A stretch of 64,000 nucleotides of DNA from Bugula neritina (lineage: Eukaryota > Animalia > Bryozoa): NCBI GenBank assembly GCA_964035545.1, contig OZ037768.1, forward strand, positions 15,297,875 through 15,361,874. The letters are read 5' to 3'. Below the pieces are notes generated by a model. The model did no database searches. It saw nothing but the letters and a program-made list of their open reading frames with translations, and was not told the DNA's origin. Shown in pieces: positions 44,301-59,600 of the stretch (positions are counted from its first letter, which is position 1; each line of letters starts with the position of its first letter). The translations under genes were made by a program, and so were the position numbers.

Positions 44301-47300
44301 CTGTAACATACTGAAATACACTGCAACCCACTGAAGTATACTGTAATATACAAGAATGTACTGTAAAATACTGAAATATACTGCAACATTCCGAAATATA
44401 CTGCAACACATTGAAATATACTGCAATATACCGAAATGTGCTATAGCATACTGAAATACACTGCAAAACACTGAAATATACTGTAATATACAAAAATTCA
44501 CTGTAACATACTGAAACATACGTCAACATACTAAAATGTACTGCAACATGCTCAAATATACTGCAATATACTGAAATACACTGTAACAAACTGAATTACA
44601 CTGCAACATACTGCGACATACTGAAGTCCACTGCACCAAAATTAAACATACTGTAACACACTGAAACATACTGCAAATTACTGAAATATATGGTAACCTA
44701 CTCAAAATATACTGCAACATACTGAAATATACTGCAAAATACTGAAATACACTGCAAAACACTGAAGTATACCGTAATTAACAGAAATGTACTGTAACAT
44801 ACTGAAATATACTTAAACATACTGAAATATACCTAAAATCATTGAAACATACTGAAATACACTGTAACATACTGAAATACACTGCAACACATTGGACTAT
44901 AATGCAACATACCGAAATATATGGTAACCTACTGAAATATGTTGCAAACTACTGAAATATACTGCAACATACTGAAATACAGTGTAACATACTGAAATAC
45001 GCTGCAAGACGCTGAAGTATACCGTATTTTACAGAAAGTAATGTAACATACTGAAACATACGTCAACATACTGAAATGTACTGTAACATACTGAAACATA
45101 CGTCAACAAAATGAAAAGTACTGCAACTTGCTGAAATATACTGCAAAGTACTGAAATACAGTGTAACATACTGAAATACACTGCAAGACACTGAAGTATA
45201 CCGTAATTTACAGAAATGTACTGTAACATACTGAAACATACGTCAACATACTGAAATGTACTGCAAAATGCTGGAATATACTGCAACATACTGAAATACA
45301 CTGTAACAAACTGAATTTCACTGCAACATACTGCAACATACTGAGGTACACTGCAACAAAATGAAACATACTGTAACACACTGAAACATACTGCAAAATA
45401 CTGAAATATACTGTAACAAACTAAAGCATCCTGCAATCTACTGAAATACACTGTAACATACTGAAGTACACTGCAACACATCAGAACATACTGCAACATA
45501 CCGAAATATATCGTAACCTACTGAAATATGTTGCAAACTACTTAAATATACTGCAACATACTGCAACATACTAGGATACACTGTAACATATTGAATTACA
45601 TCTCAACAGAGTGAAATAAACTTCAACATAATGCAATATACTGCAACATACTGAAATATACTGCAAGATACTGCAACATACTGAAATACATTGTAAGATA
45701 CTGAAATACACTGTAACATACTGAAATACACTGCAACACATTGGAATGTACTGCACCATACTGAAATATGTGGTAACCTACTGCAATATACTGTAACACA
45801 GTGAATGAGTTTACAGAAATGTACTGTAACATACTGAAACATACGTCAACATACTGAAATGAACTGCAACATGCTGATATATACTGCAACATACTGAAAT
45901 ACACTGTAACATACTGAAATACACTGCAACACATTGGAATGTACTGCACCATACTGAAATATGTGGTAACCTACTGAAATATACTGTAACACAGTGAATG
46001 AGTTTACAGAAATGTACTGTAACATACTGAAACATACGTCAACATACTGAAATGAACTGCAACATGCTGAAATACACTGCAACATACTGAAATACACTGT
46101 AACATACTGAATCACACTGCAACATACTGCAACAAACTGAAATGTACTGCAACATGCTGAAATATACTGCAACATACTGAAATACACTGTAACATACTGA
46201 ATTACACTGCAACATACTGCAACATACTGAAGTGCACTGCAAAAAAAATAAACATACTGTAACACACTGAAACATACTGCAAAATACTGAAATACATGGT
46301 AACCTACTCAAAATATACTGCAACATACAGAAATATGCTGTAGCATACTGAAATACACTGCAAAACACTAAAGTATACCGTAATTTACAGAAATGTACTG
46401 TAACATACTGAAATATACTTCAACATACTGAAATATACCTAAAAACCTTGAGACATACTGAAATACAGTGTAACATACTGAAATACACTGCAACACATTG
46501 GACTGTACTGCAACATACCGAAATATATGGTAACCTACTGAAATATGTTGCAAACTACTGAGATATACTGCAACATACTGCAACATACTGAAATACACTG
46601 CTACACATTGAAATATACTGAAATGTACTGTAACATGCTGAAACATACTGCAACATACTGAAATACACTGTAACATACTGAATTACATTGCAACATACTG
46701 CGACATACTGAAGTACAGTGCAACAAAATTAAACATACTGTAACACACTGAAACATACTGCAAAAAACTGAAATATACTGTACCATACTAAAGCATCCTG
46801 CAACATACTGAAACATACTTCAACATACTGAATTGTACTGCAACATGCTGAAATATACTGCAACATACTGAAATACAGTGTAACATACTGAAATACACTG
46901 CAACACACTGGGCTGTACTGCAACATACCGAAATATATGGTAACCTACTGAAATATGTTGCAAACAACTGAGATATACTGCAACATACTGCAACATACTG
47001 AAATACACTGCTACACATTGAAATACACTGAAATGTACTGTAACATGCTGAAATATACTGCAACATACTGAAATACACTGTAACGTACTGAATTACACTG
47101 CAACATACTGCGACATACTGAAGTACAGTGCAACAAAATTAAACATACTGTAACACACTGAAACATACTGCAAAAAACTGAAATATACTGTACCATACTA
47201 AAGCATCCTGCAACATACTGAAACATACTTCAACATACCGAAATATACCTAAAATTATTGAAATATAGTGAAATACACTGTAACATACTGAAATACACTG

Positions 47301-47570
47301 CAACCCACTGAAGTATACTGTAATATACAAGAATGTACTGTAAAATACTGAAATATACTGCAACATTCCGAAATATACTGCAACACATTGAAATATACTG
47401 CAATATACCGAAATGTGCTGTAGCATACTGAAATACACTGCAAAACACTGAAATATACTGTAATATACAAAAATTCACTGTAACATACTGAAACATACGT
47501 CAACATACTAAAATGTACTGCAACATGCTCAAATATACTGCAATATACTGAAATACACTGTAACATACTG
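41370..47570 (+). repeat. ~2.8-3.0-kb higher-order repeat (offsets 2823, 3016, 2977; about 2.1 copies)
   Basis: ORF pairs 41430/44253 and 42206/45029 (2823), 43023/46039 (3016 = 2823 + 193) and 43752/46729, 44253/47230 (2977). The word CTGAGGTACAC occurs in both copies. Confidence 0.85.
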
Positions 47571-49269
47571 AATTACACTGCAACATACTGCAACATACTG
47601 AAATACACTGTAACATACTGAAATATACTGCAACATACTGCAACATACTGAAATACACTGTAACATGCTGAAATACACTACAACATACTGCAACGTACTG
47701 AAATACACTGTAAAATATTGAAATACACTGCAACACATTGAAATATACTGCAACATACCGAAATATATGGTAACCTACTAAAAATATACTGTAACACATT
47801 GAAATATACCGAACATTCAGAAATACACTGCAACACAATGAAGTATACTGAAATATACAGAAGTCTACTAAAAAATACTGAAATAAACTTCAACATACTG
47901 AAATATACCTAAAAGCATTGAAACATACTGAAATACACTGTAACATACTGAAATACATTGCAACACATTGGAATATGCTGCAACATACCGAAATATATGG
48001 TAACCTACTGAAATATGTTGAAAGCTACTGAAATATACTGCAACATACTGAAATACAATGCAACACATTGAAATATACTGCAACATACCGGAATATATGG
48101 TAACCAACTGAAATATACTGTAACATACTGAAATATACTGCGAAATACTGAAATAGACCGTAACAAACTGAATTACACTGCAACATACTGAAATACACTG
48201 TAACATATTGAAATAGACTGCAACACATTGAAATATACTGAAACATATGGAAATGTATGGTAAGCTACTGAAAAATGTTGCAAACCACTGAAACATACTG
48301 CAACATCCTGAAACAAAATGAGATATACTATAACACACTCAAACATACTGCAAAATACTGAAATACACTGTAGCATACTGAAATATACTGCAACATACTG
48401 CAACATACTAAAATACACTGTAACATGCTGAAATAAACCGCAACATAATGCAACATACTGAAATACACTGTAAAATATTGAAATACACTGCAACACATTG
48501 AAATATACTGCAACATACCGAAATATATGGTAACCTACTCAAAATATACTGTAACACATTGAAATATACCGAACATTCTGAAACACACTGCAACACAATG
48601 AAGTATACTGAAATATACAGAAATCTACTGTAAAATACTGAAATATACTGCAACATACTGAAATGTTCTCAACATACTGAAGTACAGTGCAACAAAATTA
48701 AACACACTGTAACACACTGAAACATACTGCAAAATACCTAAATATACTGTAACATACTAAAGCATCCTGCAACATACTGAAACATACTTCAACATACTGA
48801 AATGTACCTAAAAATATTGAAACATAGTGAAATACACTGTAACATACTGAAATACACTGCAACACACTGAAGTATACTGTAATATACAGAAATGTACTGT
48901 AAAAACTGAAATATACTGCAACATACCGAAATATACTGCAACACATTGAAATATACTGCAACATACCGAAATATGCTGTAGCATACCGAAATAGATTGCA
49001 ACACACTGAAATATACCGTAATATACAGAAATTTACTGTAACATACTGAAACATACGTCAACATACTGAAATGTACTGCAACATGCTGAAATATACTGCA
49101 ACATACTGAAATATGCCGTGACAAACTGAATTACACTGCAACATATTGAAATACACTGTAACATATTGAATTAGACTGCAACACATTGAAATATACTGCA
49201 ACATACTGAAATATACTGCAAGATACTGCAACATACTGAAATACATTGTAAGATACTGAAACACACTCC

Positions 49270-52200
49270 AACATACTGCAACAAACTGAAATGTACTGCA
49301 ACATGCTGAAATATACTGCAACATACTGAAATACACTGTAACATACTGAATTACACTGCAACATACTGCGACATACTGAAGTGCACTGCATCAAAATTAA
49401 ACATACTGTAACACACTGAAACATAGTGCAAATTACTGAAATATATGGTAACCTACTCAAAATATACTTCAACATACTGAAATATGCTGTAGCATACTGA
49501 AATACACTGCAAAACACTGAAGTATACCGTAATTTACAGAAATGTACTGTAACATACTGAAACATACGTCAACATACTGAAATGTACGGCGACATGCTGG
49601 AATTGACTGTAACATACTGAATCACACTGCAACATACTGCAACATATTGAATTACACTGTAACATACTGAAATATACTGCAACATACTGCAACATACTGA
49701 AATACACTGTAACATACTGAAATATACTGCAAAATACTGAAATACACCGTAACAAACTGAATTACACAGCAACATACTGAAATACACTGTAACATACTGA
49801 AATACACTGCAACACATTGGAATGCACTGCAACTTACCGAAATATATGGTAACGTATTGAAATATGTTGCAAACTACTGAAATATACTGCAACATACTGC
49901 AACATACTGAAATAAATTGCAACACATTGAAATATACTGCAACATACCGAAATATATGGTAACCTACTGAAATACACTGTAACACATTGAATGGGTTTAC
50001 AGAAATAGACTGCAACATACTGAAATACACTGTAACATATTGAATCACGCTGCAACATACTGCAACATACTGAACTACACTGTAACATATTGAAATATAC
50101 TGCAACCTACTGCAACATACTGAAGTACACCGTAACATACTGAAATACACTGCAACATAATGCAACATACTGAAATACACTGCAACACGCTGAAGTATAC
50201 TGAAATATACAGAAATCTATTGTAAAACACTGAAATATACTGCAACATACTGAAATATACTGCAACATACTGCAACATACTGAAATACACTGTAACATAC
50301 TGAAATACACTGCAACACATCGAAATATACCGCAACATACCGAATTATATGATAACCTACTGAATTAGACTGTAACACATTGAACCATACTGCAACATAC
50401 TGAAATACACTGCAACACACTGAAGTATAATGTAATATATGGAAATATACTGTAACATACTGTAACATACTGATATACGCTGTAAAATATTGAATTACAC
50501 TGCAACATATTGAAATAAACTGCAACATACCGAAATATATTATAACCTACTCAAAATATACTGTAACACATTGAAATATACCGAACTTTCTGAAATACAC
50601 TGCAACAAAATGAAGTATACTGAAATATACAGAAATCTACTGTAAAATACTGAAATATACTTCAACATATTGAATTATACCTAAAAACATTGAAACATAC
50701 CGAAATACACTGTAACATACTGAAATACACTGCAACACATTGAAATATACTGCAACATGCCGAAATATATGGTAACCTACTGAAATATACTGTAACACAT
50801 TGAATTAATTTACAGAAATGTACTGTAACATACTGAAACATACGTCAACATACTGAAATGAACTGCAACATGCTGAAATATACTGCAACATACTTAAATA
50901 CACTGTAACATACTGAATCACACTGCAACATACTGCAACAAACTGAAATGTACTGCAACATGCTGAAATATACTGCAACATACTGAAATACACTGTAACA
51001 TACTGAAATACACTGCAACACATTGGACTATACTGCAACATACCGAAATATATGGTAACCTACTGAAATATGTTGCAAACTACCGAAATATACTGCAACA
51101 TACTGAAATACAGTGTAACATACTGAAATACACTGCAAGACGCTGAAGTATACCGTATTTTACAGAAAGTAATGTAACATACTGAAACATACATCAACAT
51201 ACTGAAATGAACCGCAAAATGCTAAAATAGACTGCAACATACTGAAATACACTGTAACGTACTGAATCACACAGCAACATACTGCAACATACTGAAATAC
51301 ACTGTAACATACTGAAATATACTGCAACATACTGCAACATACTGAAATACACTGTAACATGCTGAAATACACTGCAACATACTGCAACGTACTGAAATAC
51401 ACTGTAAAATATTGAAATACACTGCAACACATTGAAATATACTGCAACATACCGAAATATATGGTAACCTACTAAAAATATACTGTAACACATTGAAATA
51501 TACCGAACATTCTGAAATACACTGCAACACAATGAAGTATACTGAAATATACAGAAATCTACCAAAAAATACTGAAATATACTTCAACATACTGAAATAT
51601 ACCTAAAAGCATTGAAACATACTGAAATACACTGTAACATACTGAATCACACTGCAACATACTGCAACAAACTGAAATGTACTGCAACATGCTGAAATAT
51701 ACTGCAACATACTGAAATACACTGTAACATACTGAATTACACTGCAACATACTGCGACATACTGAAGTGCACTGCATCAAAATTAAACATACTGTAACAC
51801 ACTGAAACATACTGCAAATTACTGAAATATATGGTAACCTACTCAAAATATACTGCAACATACTGAAATATGCTGTAGCATACTGAAATACACTGCAAAA
51901 CACTGAAGTATACCGTAATTTACAGAAATGTACTGTAACATACTGAAACATACGTCAACATACTGAAATGTACGGCAACATGCTGGAATTGACTGTAACA
52001 TACTGAATCACACTGCAACATACTGCAACATATTGAATTACACTGTAACATACTGAAATATACTGCAACATACTGCAACATACTGAAATACACTGTAACA
52101 TACTGAAATATACTGCAAGATACTGAAATACACCGTAACAAACTGAATTACACAGCAACATACTGAAATACACTGTAACATACTGAAATACACTGCAACA

Positions 52201-53625
52201 CATTGGAATGCGCTGCAACTTACCGAAATATATGGTAACGTATTGAAATATGTTGCAAACCACTGAAATATACTGCAACATACTGCAACATACTGAAATA
52301 AATTGCAACACATTGAAATATACTGCAACATACCGAAATATATGGTAACCTACTGAAATACACTGTAACACATTGAATGGGTTTACAGAAATAGACTGCA
52401 ACATACTGAAATACACTGTAACATATTGAATCACGCTGCAACATACTGCAACATACTGAACTACACTGTAACATATTGAAAGATACTGCAACCTACTGCA
52501 ACATACTGAAGTACACCGTAACATACTGAAATACACTGCAACATAATGCAACATACTGAAATACACTGCAACACGCTGAAGTATACTGAAATATACAGAA
52601 ATCTATTGTAAAACACTGAAATATACTGCAACATACTGAAATATACTGCAACATACTGCAACATACTGAAATACACTGTAACATACTGAAATACACTGCA
52701 ACACATCGAATTATACCGCAACATACCGAATTATATGATAACCTACTGAATTAGACTGTAACACATTGAATCATACTGCAACATACTGAAATACACTGCA
52801 ACACACTGAAGTATAATGTAATATATGGAAATATACTGTAACATACTGTAACATACTGATATACGCTGTAAAATATTGAATTACACTGCAACATATTGAA
52901 ATAAACTGCAACATACCGAAATATATTATAACCTACTCAAAATATACTGTAACGCATTGAAATATACCGAACTTTCTGAAATACACTGCAACAAAATGAA
53001 GTATACTGAAATATACAGAAATCTACTGTAAAATACTGAAATATACTTCAACATATTGAATTATACCTAAAAACATTGAAACATACCGAAATACACTGTA
53101 ACATACTGAAATACACTGCAACACATTGAAATATACTGCAACATGTCGAAATATATGGTAACCTACTGAAATAAACTGTAACACATTGAATTAATTTACA
53201 GAAATGTACTGTAACATACTGAAACATACGTCAACATATTGAAATGAACTGCAACATGCTGAAATATACTGCAACATACTTAAATACACTGTAACATACT
53301 GAATCACACTGCAACATACTGCAACAAACTGAAATGTACTGCAACATGCTGAAATATACTGCAACATACTGAAATACACTGTAACATACTGAAATACACT
53401 GCAACACATTGGACTATACTGCAACATACCGAAATATATGGTAACCTACTGAAATATGTTGCAAACTACCGAAATATACTGCAACATACTGAAATACAGT
53501 GTAACATACTGAAATACACTGCAAGACGCTGAAGTATACCGTATTTTACAGAAAGTAATGTAACATACTGAAACATACATCAACATACTGAAATGAACCG
53601 CAAAATGCTAAAATAGACTGCAACA
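49270..53625 (+). repeat. 2386-bp tandem duplication (about 1.8 copies)
   Basis: ORF pairs 49534/51920, 49569/51955, 50075/52461 and 50805/53191 are offset by 2386. Shared words GCTGGAATTGAC and GAATGGGTTTACAG. Confidence 0.88.
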
Positions 53626-56600
53626 TACGTCAACATAATGAAAAGTACTGCAACTTGCTGAAATATACTGCAACGTACTGAAATACAGTGTAACATACTG
53701 AAATACACTGCAATACACTGAAGTATACCGTAATTTACAGAAATGTACTGTAACATACTGAAACATACGTCAACATACTGAAATGTACTGCAAAATGCTG
53801 GAATATACTGCAACATACTGAAATACACTGTAACAAACTGAATTTCACTGCAACATACTGCAACATACTGAAGTACACTGCAACAAAATGAAATATACTG
53901 TAACACACTGAAACATACTGCAAAATACTGAAATATACTGTAACAAACTAAAGCATCTTGCAATCTACTGAAATACACTGTAACATACTGAAGTACACTG
54001 CAACACATCAGAACATACTGCAACATACCGAAATATATCGTAACCTACTGAAATATGTTGCAAACTACTTAAATGTACTGCAACATACTGCAACATACTA
54101 GGATACACTGTAACATATTGAATTACATCTCAACAGAGTGAAATAAACTTCAACATACTGCAATATACTGCAACATACTGAAATATACTGCAAGATACTG
54201 CAACATACTGAAATACATTGTAAGATACTGAAATACACTGTAACATACTGAATTACACTGCAACACATTGGAAAGTACTGCACCATACTGAAATATGTGG
54301 TAACCTACTGCAATATACTGTAACACAGTGAATGAGTTTACAGAAATGTACTGTAACATACTGAAACATACGTCAACATACTGAAATGAACTGCAACATG
54401 CTGAAATATACTGCAACATACTGAAATACACTGTGACATACTGAAATACACTGCAACACATTGGAATGTACTGCACCATACTGAAATATGTGGTAACCTA
54501 CTGAAATATACTGTAACGCAGTGAATGAGTTTACAGAAATGTACTGTAACATACTGAAACATACGTCAACATACTGAAATGAACAGCAACATGCTGAAAT
54601 ACACTGCAACATACTGAAATACACTGTAACATACTGAATTACACTGCAACATACTGCAACATACTGAAATACACTGTAACATACTGAAATATACTGGAAC
54701 ATACTGCAACATACTGAAATACACTGTAACACGCTGAAATACACTACAACATACTGCAACGTACTGAACAACACTGTAAAATATTGAAATACACTGCAAC
54801 ACATTGAAATATACTGCAACATACCGAAATATATGGTAACCTACTAAAAATATACTGTAACACATTGAAATATACCGAACATTCTGAAATACACTGCAAC
54901 ACAATGAAGTATACTGAAATATACAGAAGTCTACTAAAAAATACTGAAATAAACTTCAACATACTGAAATATACCTAAAAGCATTGAAACATACTGAAAT
55001 ACACTGTAACATACTGAAATACATTGCAACACATTGGAATATGCTGCAACATACCGAAATATATGGTAACCTACTGAAATATGTTGAAAGCTACTGAAAT
55101 ATACTGCAACATACTGAAATACAATGCAACACATTGAAATATACTGCAACATACTGAAATACACTGTAACATACTGAATCACACTGCAACATACTGCAAC
55201 ATACTGCAACATACTGAAATACACTGTAACATACTGAAATATACTGCAACATACTGCAACATACTGAAATACACTGTAACATGCTGAAATACACTGCAAC
55301 ATACTGCAACGTACTGAAATACACTGTAAAATATTGAAATACACTGCAACACATTGAAATATACTGCAACATACCGAAATATATGGTAACCTACTAAAAA
55401 TATACTGTAACACATTGAAATATACCGAACATTCTGAAATACACTGCAACACAATGAAGTATACTGAAATATACAGAAATCTACCAAAAAATACTGAAAT
55501 ATACTTCAACATACTGAAATATACCTAAAAGCATTGAAACATACTGAAATACACTGTAACATACTGAATCACACTGCAACATACTGCAACAAACTGAAAT
55601 GTACTGCAACATGCTGAAATATACTGCAACATACTGAAATACACTGTAACATACTGAATTACACTGCAACATACTGCGACATACTGAAGTGCACTGCATC
55701 AAAATTAAACATACTTTAACACACTGAAACATACTGCAAATTACTGAAATATATGGTAACCTACTCAAAATATACTGCAACATACTGAAATATGCTGTAG
55801 CATACTGAAATACACTGCAAAACACTGAAGTATACCGTAATTTACAGAAATGTACTGTAACATACTGAAACATACGTCAACATACTGAAATGTACGGCAA
55901 CATGCTGGAATTGACTGTAACATACTGAATCACACTGCAACATACTGCAACATATTGAATTACACTGTAACATACTGAAATATACTGCAACATACTGCAA
56001 CATACTGAAATACACTGTAACATACTGAAATATACTGCAAAATACTGAAATACACCGTAACAAACTGAATTACACAGCAACATACCGAAATACACTGTAA
56101 CATACTGAAATACACTGCAACACATTGGAATGCACTGCAACTTACCGAAATATATGGTAACGTATTGAAATATGTTGCAAACCACTGAAATATACTGCAA
56201 CATACTGCAACATACTGAAATAAATTGCAACACATTGAAATATACTGCAACATACCGAAATATATGGTAACCTACTGAAATACACTGTAACACATTGAAT
56301 GGGTTTACAGAAATAGACTGCAACATACTGAAATACACTGTAACATATTGAATCACGCTGCAACATACTGCAACATACTGAACTACACTGTAACATATTG
56401 AAAGATACTGCAACCTACTGCAACATACTGAAGTACACCGTAACATACTGAAATACACTGCAACATAATGCAACATACTGAAATACACTGCAACACGCTG
56501 AAGTATACTGAAATATACAGAAATTTATTGTAAAACACTGAAATATACTGCAACATACTGAAATATACTGCAACATACTGCAACATACTGAAATACACTG

Positions 56601-59600
56601 TAACATACTGAAATACACTGCAACACATCGAATTATACCGCAACATACCGAATTATATGATAACCTACTGAATTAGACTGTAACACATTGAATCATACTG
56701 CAACATACTGAAATACACTGCAACACACTGAAGTATAATGTAATATATGGAAATATACTGTAACATACTGTAACATACTGATATACGCTGTAAAATATTG
56801 AATTACACTGCAACATATTGAAATAAACTGCAACATACCGAAATATATTATAACCTACTCAAAATATACTGTAACACATTGAAATATACCGAACTTTCTG
56901 AAATACACTGCAACAAAATGAAGTATACTGAAATATACAGAAATCTACTGTAAAATACTGAAATATACTTCAACATATTGAATTATACCTAAAAACATTG
57001 AAACATACCGAAATACACTGTAACATACTGAAATACACTGCAACACATTGAAATATACTGCAACATGTCGAAATATATGGTAACCTACTGAAATAAACTG
57101 TAACACATTGAATTAATTTACAGAAATGTACTGTAACATACTGAAACATACGTCAACATATTGAAATGAACTGCAACATGCTGAAATATACTGCAACATA
57201 CTTAAATACACTGTAACATACTGAATCACACTGCAACATACTGCAACAAACTGAAATGTACTGCAACATGCTGAAATATACTGCAACATACTGAAATACA
57301 CTGTAACATACTGAAATACACTGCAACACATTGGACTATACTGCAACATACCGAAATATATGGTAACCTACTGAAATATGTTGCAAACTACCGAAATATA
57401 CTGCAACATACTGAAATACAGTGTAACATACTGAAATACACTGCAAGACGCTGAAGTATACCGTATTTTACAGAAAGTAATGTAACATACTGAAACATAC
57501 ATCAACATACTGAAATGAACCGCAAAATGCTAAAATAGACTGCAACATACGTCAACATAATGAAAAGTACTGCAACTTGCTGAAATATACTGCAACGTAC
57601 TGAAATACAGTGTAACATACTGAAATACACTACAATACACTGAAGTATACCGTAATTTACAGAAATGTACTGTAACATACTGAAACATACGTCAACATAC
57701 TGAAATGTACTGCAAAATGCTGGAATATACTGCAACATACTGAAATACACTGTAACAAACTGAATTTCACTGCAACATACTGCAACATACTGAAGTACAC
57801 TGCAACAAAATGAAATATACTGTAACACACTGAAACATACTGCAAAATACTGAAATATACTGTAACAAACTAAAGCATCTTGCAATCTACTGAAATACAC
57901 TGTAACATACTGAAGTACACTGCAACACATCAGAACATACTGCAACATACCGAAATATATCGTAACCTACTGAAATATGTTGCAAACTACTTAAATGTAC
58001 TGCAACATACTGCAACATACTAGGATACACTGTAACATATTGAATTACATCTCAACAGAGTGAAATAAACTTCAACATACTGCAATATACTGCAACATAC
58101 TGAAATATACTGCAAGATACTGCAACATACTGAAATACATTGTAAGATACTGAAATACACTGTAACATACTGAATTACACTGCAACACATTGGAAAGTAC
58201 TGCACCATACTGAAATATGTGGTAACCTACTGCAATATACTGTAACACAGTGAATGAGTTTACAGAAATGTACTGTAACATACTGAAACATACGTCAACA
58301 TACTGAAATGAACTGCAACATGCTGAAATATACTGCAACATACTGAAATACACTGTGACATACTGAAATACACTGCAACACATTGGAATGTACTGCACCA
58401 TACTGAAATATGTGGTAACCTACTGAAATATACTGTAACGCAGTGAATGAGTTTACAGAAATGTACTGTAACATACTGAAACATACGTCAACATACTGAA
58501 ATGAACAGCAACATGCTGAAATACACTGCAACATACTGAAATACACTGTAACATACTGAATTACACTGCAACATACTGCAACATACTGAAATACACTGTA
58601 ACATACTGAAATATACTGGAACATACTGCAACATACTGAAATACACTGTAACATGCTGAAATACACTACAACATACTGCAACGTACTGAAATACACTGTA
58701 AAATATTGAAATACACTGCAACACATTGAAATATACTGCAACATACCGAAATATATGGTAACCTACTAAAAATATACTGTAACACATTGAAATATACCGA
58801 ACATTCTGAAATACACTGCAACACAATGAAGTATACTGAAATATACAGAAGTCTACTAAAAAATACTGAAATAAACTTCAACATACTGAAATATACCTAA
58901 AAGCATTGAAACATACTGAAATACACTGTAACATACTGAAATACATTGCAACACATTGGAATATGCTGCAACATACCGAAATATATGGTAACCTACTGAA
59001 ATATGTTGAAAGCTACTGAAATATACTGCAACATACTGAAATACAATGCAACACATTGAAATATACTGCAACATACTGAAATACACTGTAACATACTGAA
59101 TCACACTGCAACATACTGCAACATACTGCAACATACTGAAATACACTGTAACATACTGAAATATACTGCAACATACTGCAACATACTGAAATACACTGTA
59201 ACATGCTGAAATACACTGCAACATACTGCAACGTACTGAAATACACTGTAAAATATTGAAATACACTGCAACACATTGAAATATACTGCAACATACCGAA
59301 ATATATGGTAACCTACTAAAAATATACTGTAACACATTGAAATATACCGAACATACTGAAATACACTGCAACATAATGCAACATACTGAAATACACTGCA
59401 ACACGCTGAAGTATACTGAAATATACAGAAATTTATTGTAAAACACTGAAATATACTGCAACATACTGAAATATACTGCAACATACTGCAACATACTGAA
59501 ATACACTGTAACATACTGAAATACACTGCAACACATCGAATTATACCGCAACATACCGAATTATATGATAACCTACTGAATTAGACTGTAACACATTGAA

